This document shows, one piece after another, positions 41,393 through 53,369 of a DNA stretch of 64,000 nucleotides. The notes under the pieces were generated by a model, which saw only the letters and a program-made list of their open reading frames with translations, was not told the DNA's origin and did no database searches. The DNA comes from Blastocatellia bacterium (GTDB taxonomy: Bacteria > Acidobacteriota > Blastocatellia > UBA7656): assembly GCA_963765495.1 (NCBI GenBank), contig CAVXWP010000009.1, positions 160,001-224,000 of the forward strand, read 5' to 3'. A program made the position numbers and the translations under genes. Numbering within the stretch: position 1 is the first letter of the stretch; each line of letters starts with the position of its first letter.

Positions 41393-41596
41393 GTGGCAAG
41401 AGTACAGGTTCACGATAACGAGAGTATTGAAAGCGCGATTCGTCGCTTCAAGCGGCAGGTAGCCCGCGAGGGTATTATCACCGATACCAAGAAACACGCA
41501 TTCTATCTGAAACCCGGCGAACGCCGCCGCCTGAAATCTCAGGTTGCAAGGCGACGAGCAAGAAAGAGTCTCAGAAAGCGCACCCACGACGAGTAA
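41393..41596 (+). CDS. rpsU: 30S ribosomal protein S21
   Basis: ESIESAIRRFKRQV.REGI...FYLKPGERRR. Confidence 0.95.
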   Translation: MARVQVHDNESIESAIRRFKRQVAREGIITDTKKHAFYLKPGERRRLKSQVARRRARKSLRKRTHDE

Positions 41597-41619
41597 CCCA
41601 ATCATTTCCCATTGGGTGT

Positions 41620-41656
41620 CAAGCGCCGACGACGGTCACGACTGTCTCGGCGCTTG
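41620..41656. terminator. Hairpin between convergent genes
   Basis: CAAGCGCCGA...TCGGCGCTTG. Confidence 0.55.
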
Positions 41657-41689
41657 GTGCTAATGGCATCGCTTTTTTATCGGGATATT

Positions 41690-42631
41690 CTACTGGTCCT
41701 GAGCAGCCATCAGGCGATGCAGGGCCTCTTTCATCTGCCCGCGCGTCTCTTCATCCTTTTCAACAGTAATGGCCGTGTTTAGCGCTTCGACAGACGACTT
41801 GTCTCCTATGTCGGCAAGCGAAAGCGCGGCTGCGACCTTTACCATCTTGTAGTCGTCTTTCAGCAACAGGGTGAGCGGCCCCACGGCATCTCTGCTACGC
41901 AGCAGACCGAGCGCAGTGGCCACGGCTGAACGCACATCGGGAGCGTCATCCTTCACCATCGGTGAGAGTTGAGCCAGAGCGCGTGTGTCCTTGAGAGAAC
42001 CGAGTCCGAGAACTGCGGCTCCACGGACGCTTGGGCTTGAATCTCGAAGCGCCGCAATCAACGGGTCAATTGCGCGGGGGTCGCCGAGTTGTCCGAGCAC
42101 CCTGGCAGAGGCGCTCCGCACAAACGCGACGTCATCTTTCAGAGAGGTCAGCAGAGGTTCGACGGCGCGTTTATCATCCAGCTGCCCGAGCGAATTTATA
42201 GCCGCGGCGCGCACGTTCGCATCCTGATCCTGCAAGGTGGCGATGAGTGGTTCCACAGCGCGCCGGTCATCCATGTCGCCGAGCATCTCCGCCGCATCTC
42301 GCCGGTCATCAGCCGATTGACTCTTCAGTTTCTGCAAAACTTTGGCCAGGTCATCGGACTCATCGTCGCCCGCCCGCGCATCGTTGACCTGTTTAGCCAC
42401 GGGGGGAATTTGCCACAGAGCCACAGAGACACAGAGATTTTTATAATCTTTTCTCTGTGCCTCTGTGTTTCTGTGGCTATTCTGAACTCCTACGTTGACT
42501 TCGCTTGTTTGAATTTGAGACCGAATCGGCAGGGGGCCCCGATCAAGCGGCAGAGCTTTGGCCTGCGCGCTTACGAAGATCAAGCACAGCGTCAAAATTC
42601 CTATTCGCGTGCGACTTAAAAGAAGAGCCAT
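41690..42631 (-). CDS. Exported HEAT/PBS-repeat protein
   Basis: Repeated VR..AA..LG.L.D.RAV.PL...L.D units; signal peptide. Confidence 0.88.
   Translation of the reverse strand: MALLLSRTRIGILTLCLIFVSAQAKALPLDRGPLPIRSQIQTSEVNVGVQNSHRNTEAQRKDYKNLCVSVALWQIPPVAKQVNDARAGDDESDDLAKVLQKLKSQSADDRRDAAEMLGDMDDRRAVEPLIATLQDQDANVRAAAINSLGQLDDKRAVEPLLTSLKDDVAFVRSASARVLGQLGDPRAIDPLIAALRDSSPSVRGAAVLGLGSLKDTRALAQLSPMVKDDAPDVRSAVATALGLLRSRDAVGPLTLLLKDDYKMVKVAAALSLADIGDKSSVEALNTAITVEKDEETRGQMKEALHRLMAAQDQ
42412..42477. repeat. CACAGAG-type tandem inverted repeat inside a CDS
   Basis: GCCACAGAGCCACAGAGACACAGAGA...TCTCTGTGCCTCTGTGTTTCTGTGGC. Confidence 0.8.
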
Positions 42632-43002
42632 CCTATCACCGAACTGATAAGACCGAGCAAGAGGAAAACAACTACGCTCAGCAAGAGGTAAAACGGCAAG
42701 CCAAGCAACATAACGGCCCAGTCTTCCACTTTAGCCTTGAAGGAGAAAAGCAGGGCCACAAGCAATAACACTAAAGCGATACTTGCGGAGAGCGCGGCCA
42801 CCGACTTTCCAGCCAATCCGAGCGACCAGTACCAAAAAAAGCATTCAACAACCGGAGCATAGATACGATCCAGCCAGAATCCTTTATCGGTTTGAGCGCG
42901 ACGAGAAATTGCCCATCCGGTGCCTACAAGAAGAATTACGCTTGCAATCAGATTCGTCAAGTTGACGGCGAGCCTCACCCGGTCGAATCTGCTGCGTGTC
43001 AT
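42616..43002 (-). CDS. Small membrane protein
   Basis: About three hydrophobic segments; lies in the minus-strand gene string. Confidence 0.55.
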   Translation of the reverse strand: MTRSRFDRVRLAVNLTNLIASVILLVGTGWAISRRAQTDKGFWLDRIYAPVVECFFWYWSLGLAGKSVAALSASIALVLLLVALLFSFKAKVEDWAVMLLGLPFYLLLSVVVFLLLGLISSVIGWLFF

Positions 43003-43031
43003 TTGTATATCAAAGGTATTTCAAACTCAAA

Positions 43032-43214
43032 CTAACTGCCAAACATCCCGCCTAGTTTGTCGGCCAGGCCGCCTGCGCCGAATTTATCCAGATAAGAGCT
43101 TAGCTGTTGCGGATTGTTCTTTATGTAATCGAGCACGGTGTCAACCGCCTGCTCGGCCTTTTGCTGGTCAAGCCCTACGTTTGAAACCAGCAGTGAAACA
43201 AGTTGATCTTTCAT
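43032..43214 (-). CDS. Small conserved protein
   Basis: LVSNVGLDQQKAEQAVDTVLDYIK...GGLADKLGGMFG; AGGAG RBS. Confidence 0.7.
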   Translation of the reverse strand: MKDQLVSLLVSNVGLDQQKAEQAVDTVLDYIKNNPQQLSSYLDKFGAGGLADKLGGMFGS

Positions 43215-43241
43215 AATAACGCGCGCTCCTTGAGTGAAAAG

Positions 43242-44429
43242 TCAAACTATCTCATTTAGAAAACTGCGTCCGGCCTGCAACTCTACACCGAAATTCTCGG
43301 CTATCGTCCGGCCAATATCGGCAAGCGACGAGCGCGTCCCCAGGTTTACATTCCGACGTGCGCGCGGCCCCCAGGCCAAAATCGGCACGTACTCGCGCGT
43401 GTGATCCGTAGATATATCCCCCGGGTCGCATCCGTGATCGGCGCTGATGATAAGCAGGTCGTCCTTTTGCATCGCCTGTTCGATTTCAGGCAGGCGAGCA
43501 TCGAATTGCTCAAGCGCCCGCGCGTAGCCTTCGACATCGTTGCGGTGGCCATAAAGCATATCGAAATCGACCAGGTTAGTGAAGATCAATCCGCCTCTCG
43601 TCTGATCGAGCGCCCGCAGGGTCTGGTCTACGCTTGCGTTGTTGTTTCCGGCGGCGAGTTCTTCGGTTGTGCCGCGATGGCAAAAGATAGAGCCGATCTT
43701 GCCGACGGCGGCAACATCGAGGCCCTTTGATTTAATGCGATCCAGCAGGGTCTCTTCCGGGGGATCAATGGCATAATCGCGGCGCGCTTCCGTGCGGCGA
43801 AAGTTTCCCGGCTCTCCCACAAAGGGGCGGGCGATCACGCGCCCGACCTGATCGCGCCCCGTGAGTTGACGGCGCGCTATTTCAGACCACTGATAAAGTT
43901 GATCGAGCCCTACGACCTGTTCGTGCGCGGCTATCTGGAAAACGCTGTCTGCCGATGTGTAAACAATAGGCCGCCCCGTGCGCACGTGTTCTTCTCCGAG
44001 TTCCTTTATAATCTCCGTTCCCGAGGCCGGTTTGTTGCCGAGCACCTTTCGCCCGATTGCCCGTTCAAACGCCTCTATAACGCGGGGCGGGAATCCATTT
44101 GAATAGGTGGGAAAGGGGTCGCTTGTGATGATGCCGCTCATCTCCCAGTGACCAGTTGTGGTGTCTTTGCCACGCGACTCGGTGGCCGCGCGACCAAACG
44201 CGCCCAGTGGCGCAGGGACCGGCTCGACCGGAAGTTTAGTGATGTTGGCCAGTCCCAGAGCGCGCAGATTCGGTATATGAACATCCCGCGAGCCAAGAGT
44301 GTGGCCGAGCGTATCAGCCCCCGCGTCACCATAATCGGCGGCATCCGGCATCTCGCCTATGCCTACACTATCGAGCACGACGAGCACAACTCTGTTGAAC
44401 GGCCTGTTAAACGGATTGTCCTGTGCCAT
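43242..44429 (-). CDS. deoB: Phosphopentomutase
   Basis: VLDSVGIG, GKDTTTGHWE, YTSADSV, NLVDFD..YGHR and ADHGCDP motifs. Confidence 0.96.
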   Translation of the reverse strand: MAQDNPFNRPFNRVVLVVLDSVGIGEMPDAADYGDAGADTLGHTLGSRDVHIPNLRALGLANITKLPVEPVPAPLGAFGRAATESRGKDTTTGHWEMSGIITSDPFPTYSNGFPPRVIEAFERAIGRKVLGNKPASGTEIIKELGEEHVRTGRPIVYTSADSVFQIAAHEQVVGLDQLYQWSEIARRQLTGRDQVGRVIARPFVGEPGNFRRTEARRDYAIDPPEETLLDRIKSKGLDVAAVGKIGSIFCHRGTTEELAAGNNNASVDQTLRALDQTRGGLIFTNLVDFDMLYGHRNDVEGYARALEQFDARLPEIEQAMQKDDLLIISADHGCDPGDISTDHTREYVPILAWGPRARRNVNLGTRSSLADIGRTIAENFGVELQAGRSFLNEIV

Positions 44430-44525
44430 CTAAAAATCCCCTGCACGGATTCTAAGACCGTAAACCGAAATTAGCAACAATCGAGCAACCTTGACACTCT
44501 TTGCACGCGAGCGTATTAATGAGCT

Positions 44526-44816
44526 ATGAATAACGAGGAAGCCACAACCCAACCCACCATCGAGACTGTCCTGAAACGCATAAATGTCCTTGCAGATGAA
44601 TTTCGAAACGGGATGCAGGCGCTCCACACCGAGCAGCAGGCGCTGCGCGCTGAGCAGCAGGCGTTTCGTGAGAGCATCGAAGATAGAATAGGTCAGCTTG
44701 AGTTCCGGCTCGATAAAGTTTATGGCGCTACGTTAACCGTGCGAGGAAACCTTGGCGAACTCCGCAAAGAATTGAAGGAACATATTCCAGAGCTTCAGCC
44801 TTATAGCGAGCTTTGA
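44526..44816 (+). CDS. Small coiled-coil protein
   Basis: Heptad repeats QALHTEQ/QALRAEQ. Confidence 0.65.
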   Translation: MNNEEATTQPTIETVLKRINVLADEFRNGMQALHTEQQALRAEQQAFRESIEDRIGQLEFRLDKVYGATLTVRGNLGELRKELKEHIPELQPYSEL

Positions 44817-44834
44817 TCCGGCGGCTTTGAGTTT

Positions 44835-46889
44835 TTATTTTTGCGCTTTCGCAAGCCTCGCGCTCACAAACTCCAATACTGCTTCGTAGAGTTGTTCGAG
44901 TATCTTTCTTCGTTCGGCTCTGTTTGTAAATCCTATCGCCGCAAGTACGGCTTCATCCAGATTGCGACGGTCGGCGCGCTTCACTTCTTCAAAGACCGAC
45001 ACAACACGGCGGCCTGTGAGGGCATCGAGCGCCGCTTCGAGCCTCTTTCTCAAAGCTCGGGATAACTGGCGAGGATCGGGAATCAATATCTGTTCCGCTA
45101 CGGCTACGTCTATGTCGGCGATGGCCTGCGCGCCGGTCATCTGCCGACAGGTTATCTCGGCGAAGTAGCGCGCCCACGTTGAATTGAGCAGCGCCGCAAG
45201 AAGCTTTCCCGTAGCGGTATCGCGCGGGAATACGCCGTAGAGTTTCTTATCTTCATACACACCCGCGCGGTTCAGAGCCACAAGCCAGCGCTCGCCGACT
45301 TTGGCGGGAAAGATCAAAGGCGCAGGCTTCATTCCGCGAGTCACGCCGTACCACGGCTCGCGCCCCTTACAGGTAGGGCGCAGGTGGTAGCCCGCCTGCT
45401 CTCCGCTTCGGATGTACTTCAAAGCCTCTGTCCCGGCCAGTTCGTCAGGCGGAGCCTGGCAATTGAAGAAGAGTTTTCCTCCGTCTCCCGGCTCTATTTC
45501 TATGCCTGAAATCTCTTTCAACGAGAAGATAACCGGCGACAAAAACCTCGATTCTATTTTGTGTCGCGCGCCCCTGCCGTCTTCAACTACGGTGGCAGAA
45601 TGAGTCTTTTGCGAGGTCTTTTGCCGCCTTGTCTGTTTTCCACCCGATGGGTTGCGATCATCTACAGCCTTGAGATAGAAGAATTCATTTGCGCCCGTAG
45701 TAAGCCCGCGCCTCACCGAGGCAACATCGCCGAGATGCATCATTCTGGCATCCTTGCGCCCGACTACATAGAAAAATTCATTGGCTCCGGTCTTGACCCC
45801 GAATCGCACGCGGGCGAGGTCGGCAAGCGGCTTGAGACGGAGCCCGCCGCGATCAAGAACCTGAAAAAAAACGTCCTTCGCGTGCATGTACTTTCCCCAG
45901 CCCGCCGAGGGATTCGCCCGCGTCTCTGTTTTCGAGAGATCGCCTTCGCGCAGAATTTCTGCGCCGGGCAATTCCGCCTGACTCACTATTCTTATGCGGT
46001 GCGTCTTGTTCACAATCGGCGAGCGGGTCTCTTCAATAGCGCGAGCAAACTCAATCGCCTCCTCGGTCCGGCAACCGGAGGAGTCGAAGTTTCCGAATAT
46101 CTCTGCCAGCGGGCGGGTCAATTGAACAAAGCGCACCGGGTTGACACAGCGCGCTCGCTCGTCCGTCTCGCGCTCAAGCACGGTGATCGAAGTATTTATC
46201 GAAGCATCATCGAAAAAGCTCTCGACGGCGGATTCGATGACGGCCAGCACGCGGAAATTGCAGGTCAGAAACCTGCGGAGCGCGAGACCATAGGCTACGT
46301 CGAGCCAACTGCTCGCGGTTAAAAAGACTACGCGCCCGCCCTGAGAGAGAAATCTGATCGAGTGGGCAAAGAAATATACATAGATATCCGACCGGCCCGA
46401 CCACCGGGGCCAGAATACATCGGGCATTCTTTCGCGGTCCCGCGCCATTTGCGAGGCCAATCGCGCTTTGTCGCCTGAGCCCATCACCTCTTGCCTGATG
46501 TATGGCGGATTGCCGATTATCGCGTCAAACTGCAAAGGCAGCGCGTGTGAAACAAGTCCGCTCATCCCCGGCTCGATTTCGAAGAAATCAGCGCGTGCTA
46601 CCTGAGCGCCCGTCCTTGCGGCTCTCTCGATAGCCGGGGCCGACAGGTCTACTCCAAAGACTTCCCGAGAGCGTCGGGCGTCCTTTCTTTGCCCGCGTTT
46701 TTTTTCGGCAGTGTCGGCAAAGCCGATCTTGAGCCGCAAGGCTTCGGCAAGCAACCGCCCGTCGCCACAGGCCGGATCGAAGATCAAATCTCTTGAGGAT
46801 CGAACGGCGAAGGCCCCAAGCAGTCGGGCGACCTCAACAGGGGTATAGTGCTGTCCATAGCGATGGCGTTCGCCTCTTTTATCAGTCAT
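44835..46889 (-). CDS. N6-adenine DNA methyltransferase (Eco57I-like MTase+TRD), no endonuclease domain evident
   Basis: GQHYTP, DPACGDG, GNPPY and SDIYVYF motifs. Confidence 0.82.
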   Translation of the reverse strand: MTDKRGERHRYGQHYTPVEVARLLGAFAVRSSRDLIFDPACGDGRLLAEALRLKIGFADTAEKKRGQRKDARRSREVFGVDLSAPAIERAARTGAQVARADFFEIEPGMSGLVSHALPLQFDAIIGNPPYIRQEVMGSGDKARLASQMARDRERMPDVFWPRWSGRSDIYVYFFAHSIRFLSQGGRVVFLTASSWLDVAYGLALRRFLTCNFRVLAVIESAVESFFDDASINTSITVLERETDERARCVNPVRFVQLTRPLAEIFGNFDSSGCRTEEAIEFARAIEETRSPIVNKTHRIRIVSQAELPGAEILREGDLSKTETRANPSAGWGKYMHAKDVFFQVLDRGGLRLKPLADLARVRFGVKTGANEFFYVVGRKDARMMHLGDVASVRRGLTTGANEFFYLKAVDDRNPSGGKQTRRQKTSQKTHSATVVEDGRGARHKIESRFLSPVIFSLKEISGIEIEPGDGGKLFFNCQAPPDELAGTEALKYIRSGEQAGYHLRPTCKGREPWYGVTRGMKPAPLIFPAKVGERWLVALNRAGVYEDKKLYGVFPRDTATGKLLAALLNSTWARYFAEITCRQMTGAQAIADIDVAVAEQILIPDPRQLSRALRKRLEAALDALTGRRVVSVFEEVKRADRRNLDEAVLAAIGFTNRAERRKILEQLYEAVLEFVSARLAKAQK

Positions 46890-47013
46890 CAGAGTTAAAC
46901 GGTTGTCGCAAGCATCGAAACTTGATAGCCGGGCGCTTGCGGAATAAAATTGAATCAAGCATGCTTGTGAAATTCAGGCGACAAGCGGGCTGAGTTTAGC
47001 AGCCGGACAGGCT

Positions 47014-48033
47014 ATGAATAAAGAAGAGATCGCTGAAATACTGGAACAGACTCCATTTATTCCTCACCCGGCGTTAAAGAACGCCCACGCGCAGACTATC
47101 GCATCATCACTCATCCGGCGGCGCATCAGACTGCTTGCCAAAAACTCCGAGCCTCGATTCTTTGATGTGACACCGGGCGGACGGGTGCTGGCGCATTGCT
47201 CGTGGCAACCGGATGCGGCGCATAAACCTACTGTTTTGATCCTGCACGGGCTTGAAGGCTCGACCGATTCGGGCTATATGCTTGGAACCGCAGAAAAGGC
47301 TCTGGCAGCCGGTTTCAACGCGATACGTTTGAATATGCGCAACTGCGGAGGGACGGAGCACCTCTCTCCCTCGCTCTATCACGCGGGGCTGACCGACGAT
47401 CTGCGGCAGGTGATCGCCGAATTGCTTGACCGCGACCGCGTAAGGCAGCTTTATCTGGTCGGTTTCTCTTTAGGCGGCAATGTAGTCTTAAAACTCGCGG
47501 GCGAATACGGGGACGAGATGCCGGAATCAATCCGGGCCGTAGCAGCTATCTCTCCATCGCTCGATCTGGCCTCCTGCGCCGACGCGATGGAGATGAGATC
47601 AAACCTGCTCTATCACTACAGCTTTCTGAGAAGCCTCAAGAGCCGCCTGCGGCGCAAGGCGCGGCTCTTTCCCGAACGCTATGATGTATCCCGGCTGCGC
47701 GGCATATGGTCGATCCGAAGCTTTGACGATGTCTACACCGCTCCGATGTCGGGTTTTCTCAATGTAACGGATTATTACCGGCGGGCAAGCGCGCTTCCAT
47801 TGATCGGACGGATCGCGGTGCCCACGCTAATCATTCATGCCAAAGACGACCCCTTCATCCCGTTCGCCCCGTTCGAGCGGTTGGAGATCACCGGAAATCA
47901 GAGGGTGGTTCTGCTTGCCCCCGATCATGGCGGTCACGTCGGATTCATCACAGCCCGCCCGGAGAGACAGGGCCGCTACTGGGCCGAAACGAAAGCCCTT
48001 GAGTTTTTCGGTATAGAAACCGGACGAGGTTAG
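47014..48033 (+). CDS. YheT-family alpha/beta hydrolase
   Basis: HAQT, HGLEGS, GFSLGG, DDPF and GGHVGF motifs. Confidence 0.92.
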   Translation: MNKEEIAEILEQTPFIPHPALKNAHAQTIASSLIRRRIRLLAKNSEPRFFDVTPGGRVLAHCSWQPDAAHKPTVLILHGLEGSTDSGYMLGTAEKALAAGFNAIRLNMRNCGGTEHLSPSLYHAGLTDDLRQVIAELLDRDRVRQLYLVGFSLGGNVVLKLAGEYGDEMPESIRAVAAISPSLDLASCADAMEMRSNLLYHYSFLRSLKSRLRRKARLFPERYDVSRLRGIWSIRSFDDVYTAPMSGFLNVTDYYRRASALPLIGRIAVPTLIIHAKDDPFIPFAPFERLEITGNQRVVLLAPDHGGHVGFITARPERQGRYWAETKALEFFGIETGRG

Positions 48034-48056
48034 GGCCGTTCAATTCTCAGGGAAAT

Positions 48057-48130
48057 CTTTGCATACTTTGCGACTTTGCGCCTTGGCGAGAAATAGAATC
48101 TCGCAGAGACGCCAAGGCGCAAAGTACGCC
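48057..48130. repeat. CTTTGCG/CGCAAAG tandem inverted repeat
   Basis: CTTTGCGACTTTGCGCCTTGGCG...CGCCAAGGCGCAAAG. Confidence 0.75.
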
Positions 48131-48324
48131 AGGAAACACAAAGCTTTATCATCCAAATTCAAGTTGTTTCAGACTGGAATTACCATCCGCACATTGACAA
48201 ATGAACCTGCGAGTATTAAAACGAATGCAACTGGAAACCTGCACGGGTGGGACTAAAATCCGTTGAATAAGCCGAACGAGAATAGAGGGAAGAGGCGGGC
48301 AGGGGTTTAGGAGAGGATTCCGAG

Positions 48325-50400
48325 ATGCTTGAAGCCAATACGGTTTTGCAGAACAGGTATGTTATTACCCGCAAACTCGGGCAGGGCGGAATGGGGGCTG
48401 TCTATCAGGCCACGGACCGGAGATTTGACAGCACTGTCGCCCTTAAAGAGACGCTTGTAAGCGGAGAACAGCTTCGCAAGGCATTCGAGCGCGAAGCGCG
48501 CCTGCTCAACAGCCTGCGACACGCGGCTCTGCCCGTAGTGATGGATTACTTCACCGAATCCGAAGGCGTTTACCTCGTCATGCAGTTTATCCCCGGAGAG
48601 GACCTGGCCGATCTTCTGGAAAAAAACGGCGGGCCCTTTCCAGCATCGAAAGTGGTCGAATGGAGCGATCAGTTGCTCAACGCTCTCGATTATCTTCACA
48701 GCTATGATCCGCCGGTTATTCATCGCGACATAAAACCTCAGAACTTGAAATTGACTCCGCGCGGCGAAGTGATCCTGCTCGATTTCGGACTGGCAAAAGG
48801 CTCTGTCGGGCTTTCCCCGCTGACCACTTCAAGCAGCGTACTCGGCTACACCCCGCACTATGCGCCGTTCGAACAGATTCAAGGGTCCGGCACCGACCCG
48901 CGCAGCGATCAGTATTCGCTTGCCGCCACCATGTATCACCTGATAACCGGGGTCAAGCCGGTTGATGCGCTTACGAGGACCGCCGCTAAAATCGGAGGGA
49001 GACCCGACCCTTTGCCAGCGCCAGGCGAGGTAAATCCCGATATTCCGGCTTCGGTCTCTGATGTTTTTGTGAAGGCGATGGCCATCAATCAGGATGAGCG
49101 ATACAAATCGGCCGATGAGATGCGGCAGGCATTGCGCGAGGCCAGAGACGGCTCATCCATCACAAGAGTAGGCAGCAGATCGGTTCCCGCTACACAGGAA
49201 ACAGGCAAGGACATGGACCGGACCAGAATAGGTTCGGGTCAGGCAACACAGCTCATGGACACCTCGATGGGGGCTCAACCTGCTGCGACCAGGATTGAAG
49301 CGGCTACGGTTGTGGACCACAAGCCCCTTGCGTCATTGCCTGCCCCGGCTTCCGTCCCCGCCAGCACTCGAATCGAAGCTGAGAGCCGCTCCTCTTCCCG
49401 ATTGCCGATTCTGATTATTGCGGTTCTGCTTCTGGCCGGAGGGGCCGCAGCCGTCTGGTACTTTATGAGCAACAAAGCGGCTGCCCCGCCCGCGACCCCG
49501 TCTCCGGCGACTGCCGGAAATGGCGCGCCTGAAACTGAAACCGTGGCCGGGCTGCCGCTGAAAACCATCTCTTTCGATGTAGTGACCCTCGACGACGCGG
49601 GCAAGGTTGACCGCAAGCCCGGCGAGGCGAAATATTTCACCGAAGAACTCGGAGCCGGAGTAAAACTCGATATGGTCAGGATACCCGAAGGCATCTTCCT
49701 TATGGGGTCTTCGGGCAGCGAGGTCGGCCGGTTTGGCGAAGAAGGGCCTCAGCATAACGTACAGGTGTCCGCATTTTACATGGGCAGGTTCGAAGTGACT
49801 CAGGCGCAGTGGCGGGCCGTCGCCGGTCTGCCAAAGATAAACCGCGATCTCAATGCCAGCCCGTCGGGCGCCGAAGGAGTCAACCGCCCTGTCGAGCGAA
49901 TCTCCTGGGAAGATGCGGAAGAATTCTGCGCCCGGCTGTCAAAAAAGACCGGGAAAACTTACCGCCTGCCGAGCGAAGCCGAATGGGAGTACGCGTGCCG
50001 GGCGGGAACCACTACGCCGTATAATTTTGGAGAGACAATCTCGCCCGAAGTCGCCAATTATGACGGAACTACTGTTTATCAAAACGGTCCAACGGGCGAG
50101 TACAGAAAGTCTACGATTCCGGTTGGGAGTTTGAAGGCGGCAAATGCATTCGGGTTGTACGATATGCACGGGAACGTGTGGGAATGGTGCGCAGACCCGT
50201 GGCATGCGAGCTACAACGGAGCGCCTTCGGATGGAAGCGTCTGGCAGGAAGGGGCCGACACATCGAAGAGAATTTTGCGAGGCGGATCGTGGAACCGTCC
50301 GGCCAACAACTGCCGCTCGGCATACCGCCTGAAGGACGCGACGACGACAAAATTCGATGTAATAGGATTTCGAGTGGTAATGGTTGACGAGAAGAAGTAA
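48325..50400 (+). CDS. Ser/Thr protein kinase - TM - FGE/sulfatase-modifying domain
   Basis: [19 protein letters not shown] and DFG; TM helix; [19 protein letters not shown] and GFRV. Confidence 0.93.
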   Translation: MLEANTVLQNRYVITRKLGQGGMGAVYQATDRRFDSTVALKETLVSGEQLRKAFEREARLLNSLRHAALPVVMDYFTESEGVYLVMQFIPGEDLADLLEKNGGPFPASKVVEWSDQLLNALDYLHSYDPPVIHRDIKPQNLKLTPRGEVILLDFGLAKGSVGLSPLTTSSSVLGYTPHYAPFEQIQGSGTDPRSDQYSLAATMYHLITGVKPVDALTRTAAKIGGRPDPLPAPGEVNPDIPASVSDVFVKAMAINQDERYKSADEMRQALREARDGSSITRVGSRSVPATQETGKDMDRTRIGSGQATQLMDTSMGAQPAATRIEAATVVDHKPLASLPAPASVPASTRIEAESRSSSRLPILIIAVLLLAGGAAAVWYFMSNKAAAPPATPSPATAGNGAPETETVAGLPLKTISFDVVTLDDAGKVDRKPGEAKYFTEELGAGVKLDMVRIPEGIFLMGSSGSEVGRFGEEGPQHNVQVSAFYMGRFEVTQAQWRAVAGLPKINRDLNASPSGAEGVNRPVERISWEDAEEFCARLSKKTGKTYRLPSEAEWEYACRAGTTTPYNFGETISPEVANYDGTTVYQNGPTGEYRKSTIPVGSLKAANAFGLYDMHGNVWEWCADPWHASYNGAPSDGSVWQEGADTSKRILRGGSWNRPANNCRSAYRLKDATTTKFDVIGFRVVMVDEKK

Positions 50401-50488
50401 AGGACTCTATCCAACCCGATATCACCTTTTCCGCCTGCCACAGGCAGCCGAAGACTCAATTCATCCGAGAAAGTGACAGAGGAAATCA

Positions 50489-51418
<930 letters not shown>

Positions 51419-51431
51419 CAAGGGTGGACGA

Positions 51432-52367
51432 ATGAGCAGAGTTCAAATCACCGTACCGGCTTCGACTTCAAATCTTGGGGCGAGTTTCGATGCCTGCGGG
51501 CTTGCGCTTACGCTTTATCTGCGGGTCACAATCGAAGAGCGGGAAAGCGGATTTGAAATTCTGCCGTCGGGCGAAGGCGCAGATAAGGTACCGCGTGACG
51601 AATCTAACCTGATTGCCAGAGTAGTCCGCTTTGTAGCCGAAAGACGCGGGCGAAGAATTGCCGGGGCAAGGCTGCTGGTTGACAGCCAGATCCCGCTTGC
51701 GCGCGGTCTTGGCAGCAGCAGTTCGGCCATAGTCGCGGGCATCTCGGTCTATGAGGCGCTTGCGGGCGAACGCCTGAGCGAGAACGAATTTTTCGGCTAC
51801 GCGCTGAACTTTGAAGCTCACGGAGACAATCTCGCGCCAAGCCGCCTGGGCGGGCTGGTCGTCACCTGTGTGGTCGGTGAGGAGAGTGAACGGCTTTCGC
51901 TCGTTAATGTCAAACGCCACTGGCCCGAGGAGGTCAAGATAGTCTTGCTGGTCCCCGAAATAGAGATGGAGACAGCGCGCATGCGCGCCGTATTGCCTGA
52001 AAGCGTAACGAGAGCCGACGCTATATTCAATCTCCAGCGCGCCGCCCTGCTTCAGGCCGCCCTTGCCGAGCATAGATTCGATCTGTTTAGCGAAGCCCTG
52101 CGCGACCGATTGCATCAGCCTTATCGCGCGCGCCTTGCTCCGGGCATAGGCGAGGTGCTGCGGCTCAACTTAGAGACCAGCCTCTATGACGGTTTGCTGG
52201 GTGTCGCAATCAGCGGCGCAGGGTCTACGATGATAGCCTTTGCCCTGAGCGACTGTGACGCCATAGCTGCCGAAATGCGTGCGCGTATGACGCACGCGAA
52301 AGTCGAGGCGCGAACCTTTCAGGTCGAGGTAGATAACCTGGGCCGGAGGTTTGAGACCCGTGAGTGA
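51432..52367 (+). CDS. thrB: Homoserine kinase
   Basis: [32 protein letters not shown] and ISGAG motifs. Confidence 0.95.
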   Translation: MSRVQITVPASTSNLGASFDACGLALTLYLRVTIEERESGFEILPSGEGADKVPRDESNLIARVVRFVAERRGRRIAGARLLVDSQIPLARGLGSSSSAIVAGISVYEALAGERLSENEFFGYALNFEAHGDNLAPSRLGGLVVTCVVGEESERLSLVNVKRHWPEEVKIVLLVPEIEMETARMRAVLPESVTRADAIFNLQRAALLQAALAEHRFDLFSEALRDRLHQPYRARLAPGIGEVLRLNLETSLYDGLLGVAISGAGSTMIAFALSDCDAIAAEMRARMTHAKVEARTFQVEVDNLGRRFETRE

Positions 52368-52370
52368 AGC

Positions 52371-53369
52371 ATGAGAAGTGAGAGATTTAAATTGCGTAGC
52401 CTTATTATAATCAGCCTGGCTCTTGCGATGTCCCTCGCCGGATGTGGTGGTCCGAGTGAGACGAATCATCTGGCGAGCGCGGTGATGATGAAACAGGATG
52501 ACAGGGCTGCGCCTGAAACCAGCCCCGAATTCAAGTCGGAGATCTCGAAACTTGCCAGTGAGGGACTCGTCTTGAAAGAGGCTCTGGAAGCCGGTTTGAG
52601 CGAAGGCGCTCACCATCTGGCCGCGATATTCGAGCGCGCGGACTCAAAAGGCTCGGATGAACCCTACGAGTTCAGGATAATCGAAAGCGACGGGCAGAAG
52701 ACCAGGACCATATTTCGCCGGGGCGAGTTTTTCTTCTCTTTCGCGGGGCTTGGAAAGCTTGCAAACCTGAACGCGACCGACATCAACGGCGACGGATTGA
52801 AAGAGATTCTCGTGCTGAGTTCAAGTGGAGGCAATTGCTGGAGTTGTAATCCTATCGAGATTTACCAGATCAAAGACCACAAGGTCGCGCTTATCGCCGC
52901 CGGGCCGATTCAAGAGATAGCCGACATCAACGGAAACAACGTGGCGGAATTGTTCGTCACTGATGCCCGGTGGGAAGTCTATAACGATCTCTCTCACGCA
53001 GCTTCCCCGACGGCGTTGATGGTATATGTCTGGCGAAACGACCGCTATGTTTATGCCTCGCGCGCCTTCCCCGGATTTTACGACGCCGAGATCGAACGGC
53101 TCCACACAGCTATCAAGGAAGCCCGGGCCGAGATTACGACCGAAGATTTTTCCGATGAATCATACAAGGGGCTGGTCATGTCGCTTGCGATAACTTACGC
53201 GCACATGGGCAACCTTGAGCGCGGTTTGAACGAGTTGGAAGAGTTGATGAATCAAGACGTAAAATCGCCGGCCCAGAAAAAGTTGCGCGCGGCCATAGTT
53301 GCAGACTTTCGAAGCGGCGAAAGCTACAAAAAACTTACGCAGATGAAGTACGGCGACCCGATGCTTTGA
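52371..53369 (+). CDS. Lipoprotein with FG-GAP-like Ca-binding loops
   Basis: Lipobox LAGC; DINGDG and DINGNN motifs. Confidence 0.7.
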   Translation: MRSERFKLRSLIIISLALAMSLAGCGGPSETNHLASAVMMKQDDRAAPETSPEFKSEISKLASEGLVLKEALEAGLSEGAHHLAAIFERADSKGSDEPYEFRIIESDGQKTRTIFRRGEFFFSFAGLGKLANLNATDINGDGLKEILVLSSSGGNCWSCNPIEIYQIKDHKVALIAAGPIQEIADINGNNVAELFVTDARWEVYNDLSHAASPTALMVYVWRNDRYVYASRAFPGFYDAEIERLHTAIKEARAEITTEDFSDESYKGLVMSLAITYAHMGNLERGLNELEELMNQDVKSPAQKKLRAAIVADFRSGESYKKLTQMKYGDPML

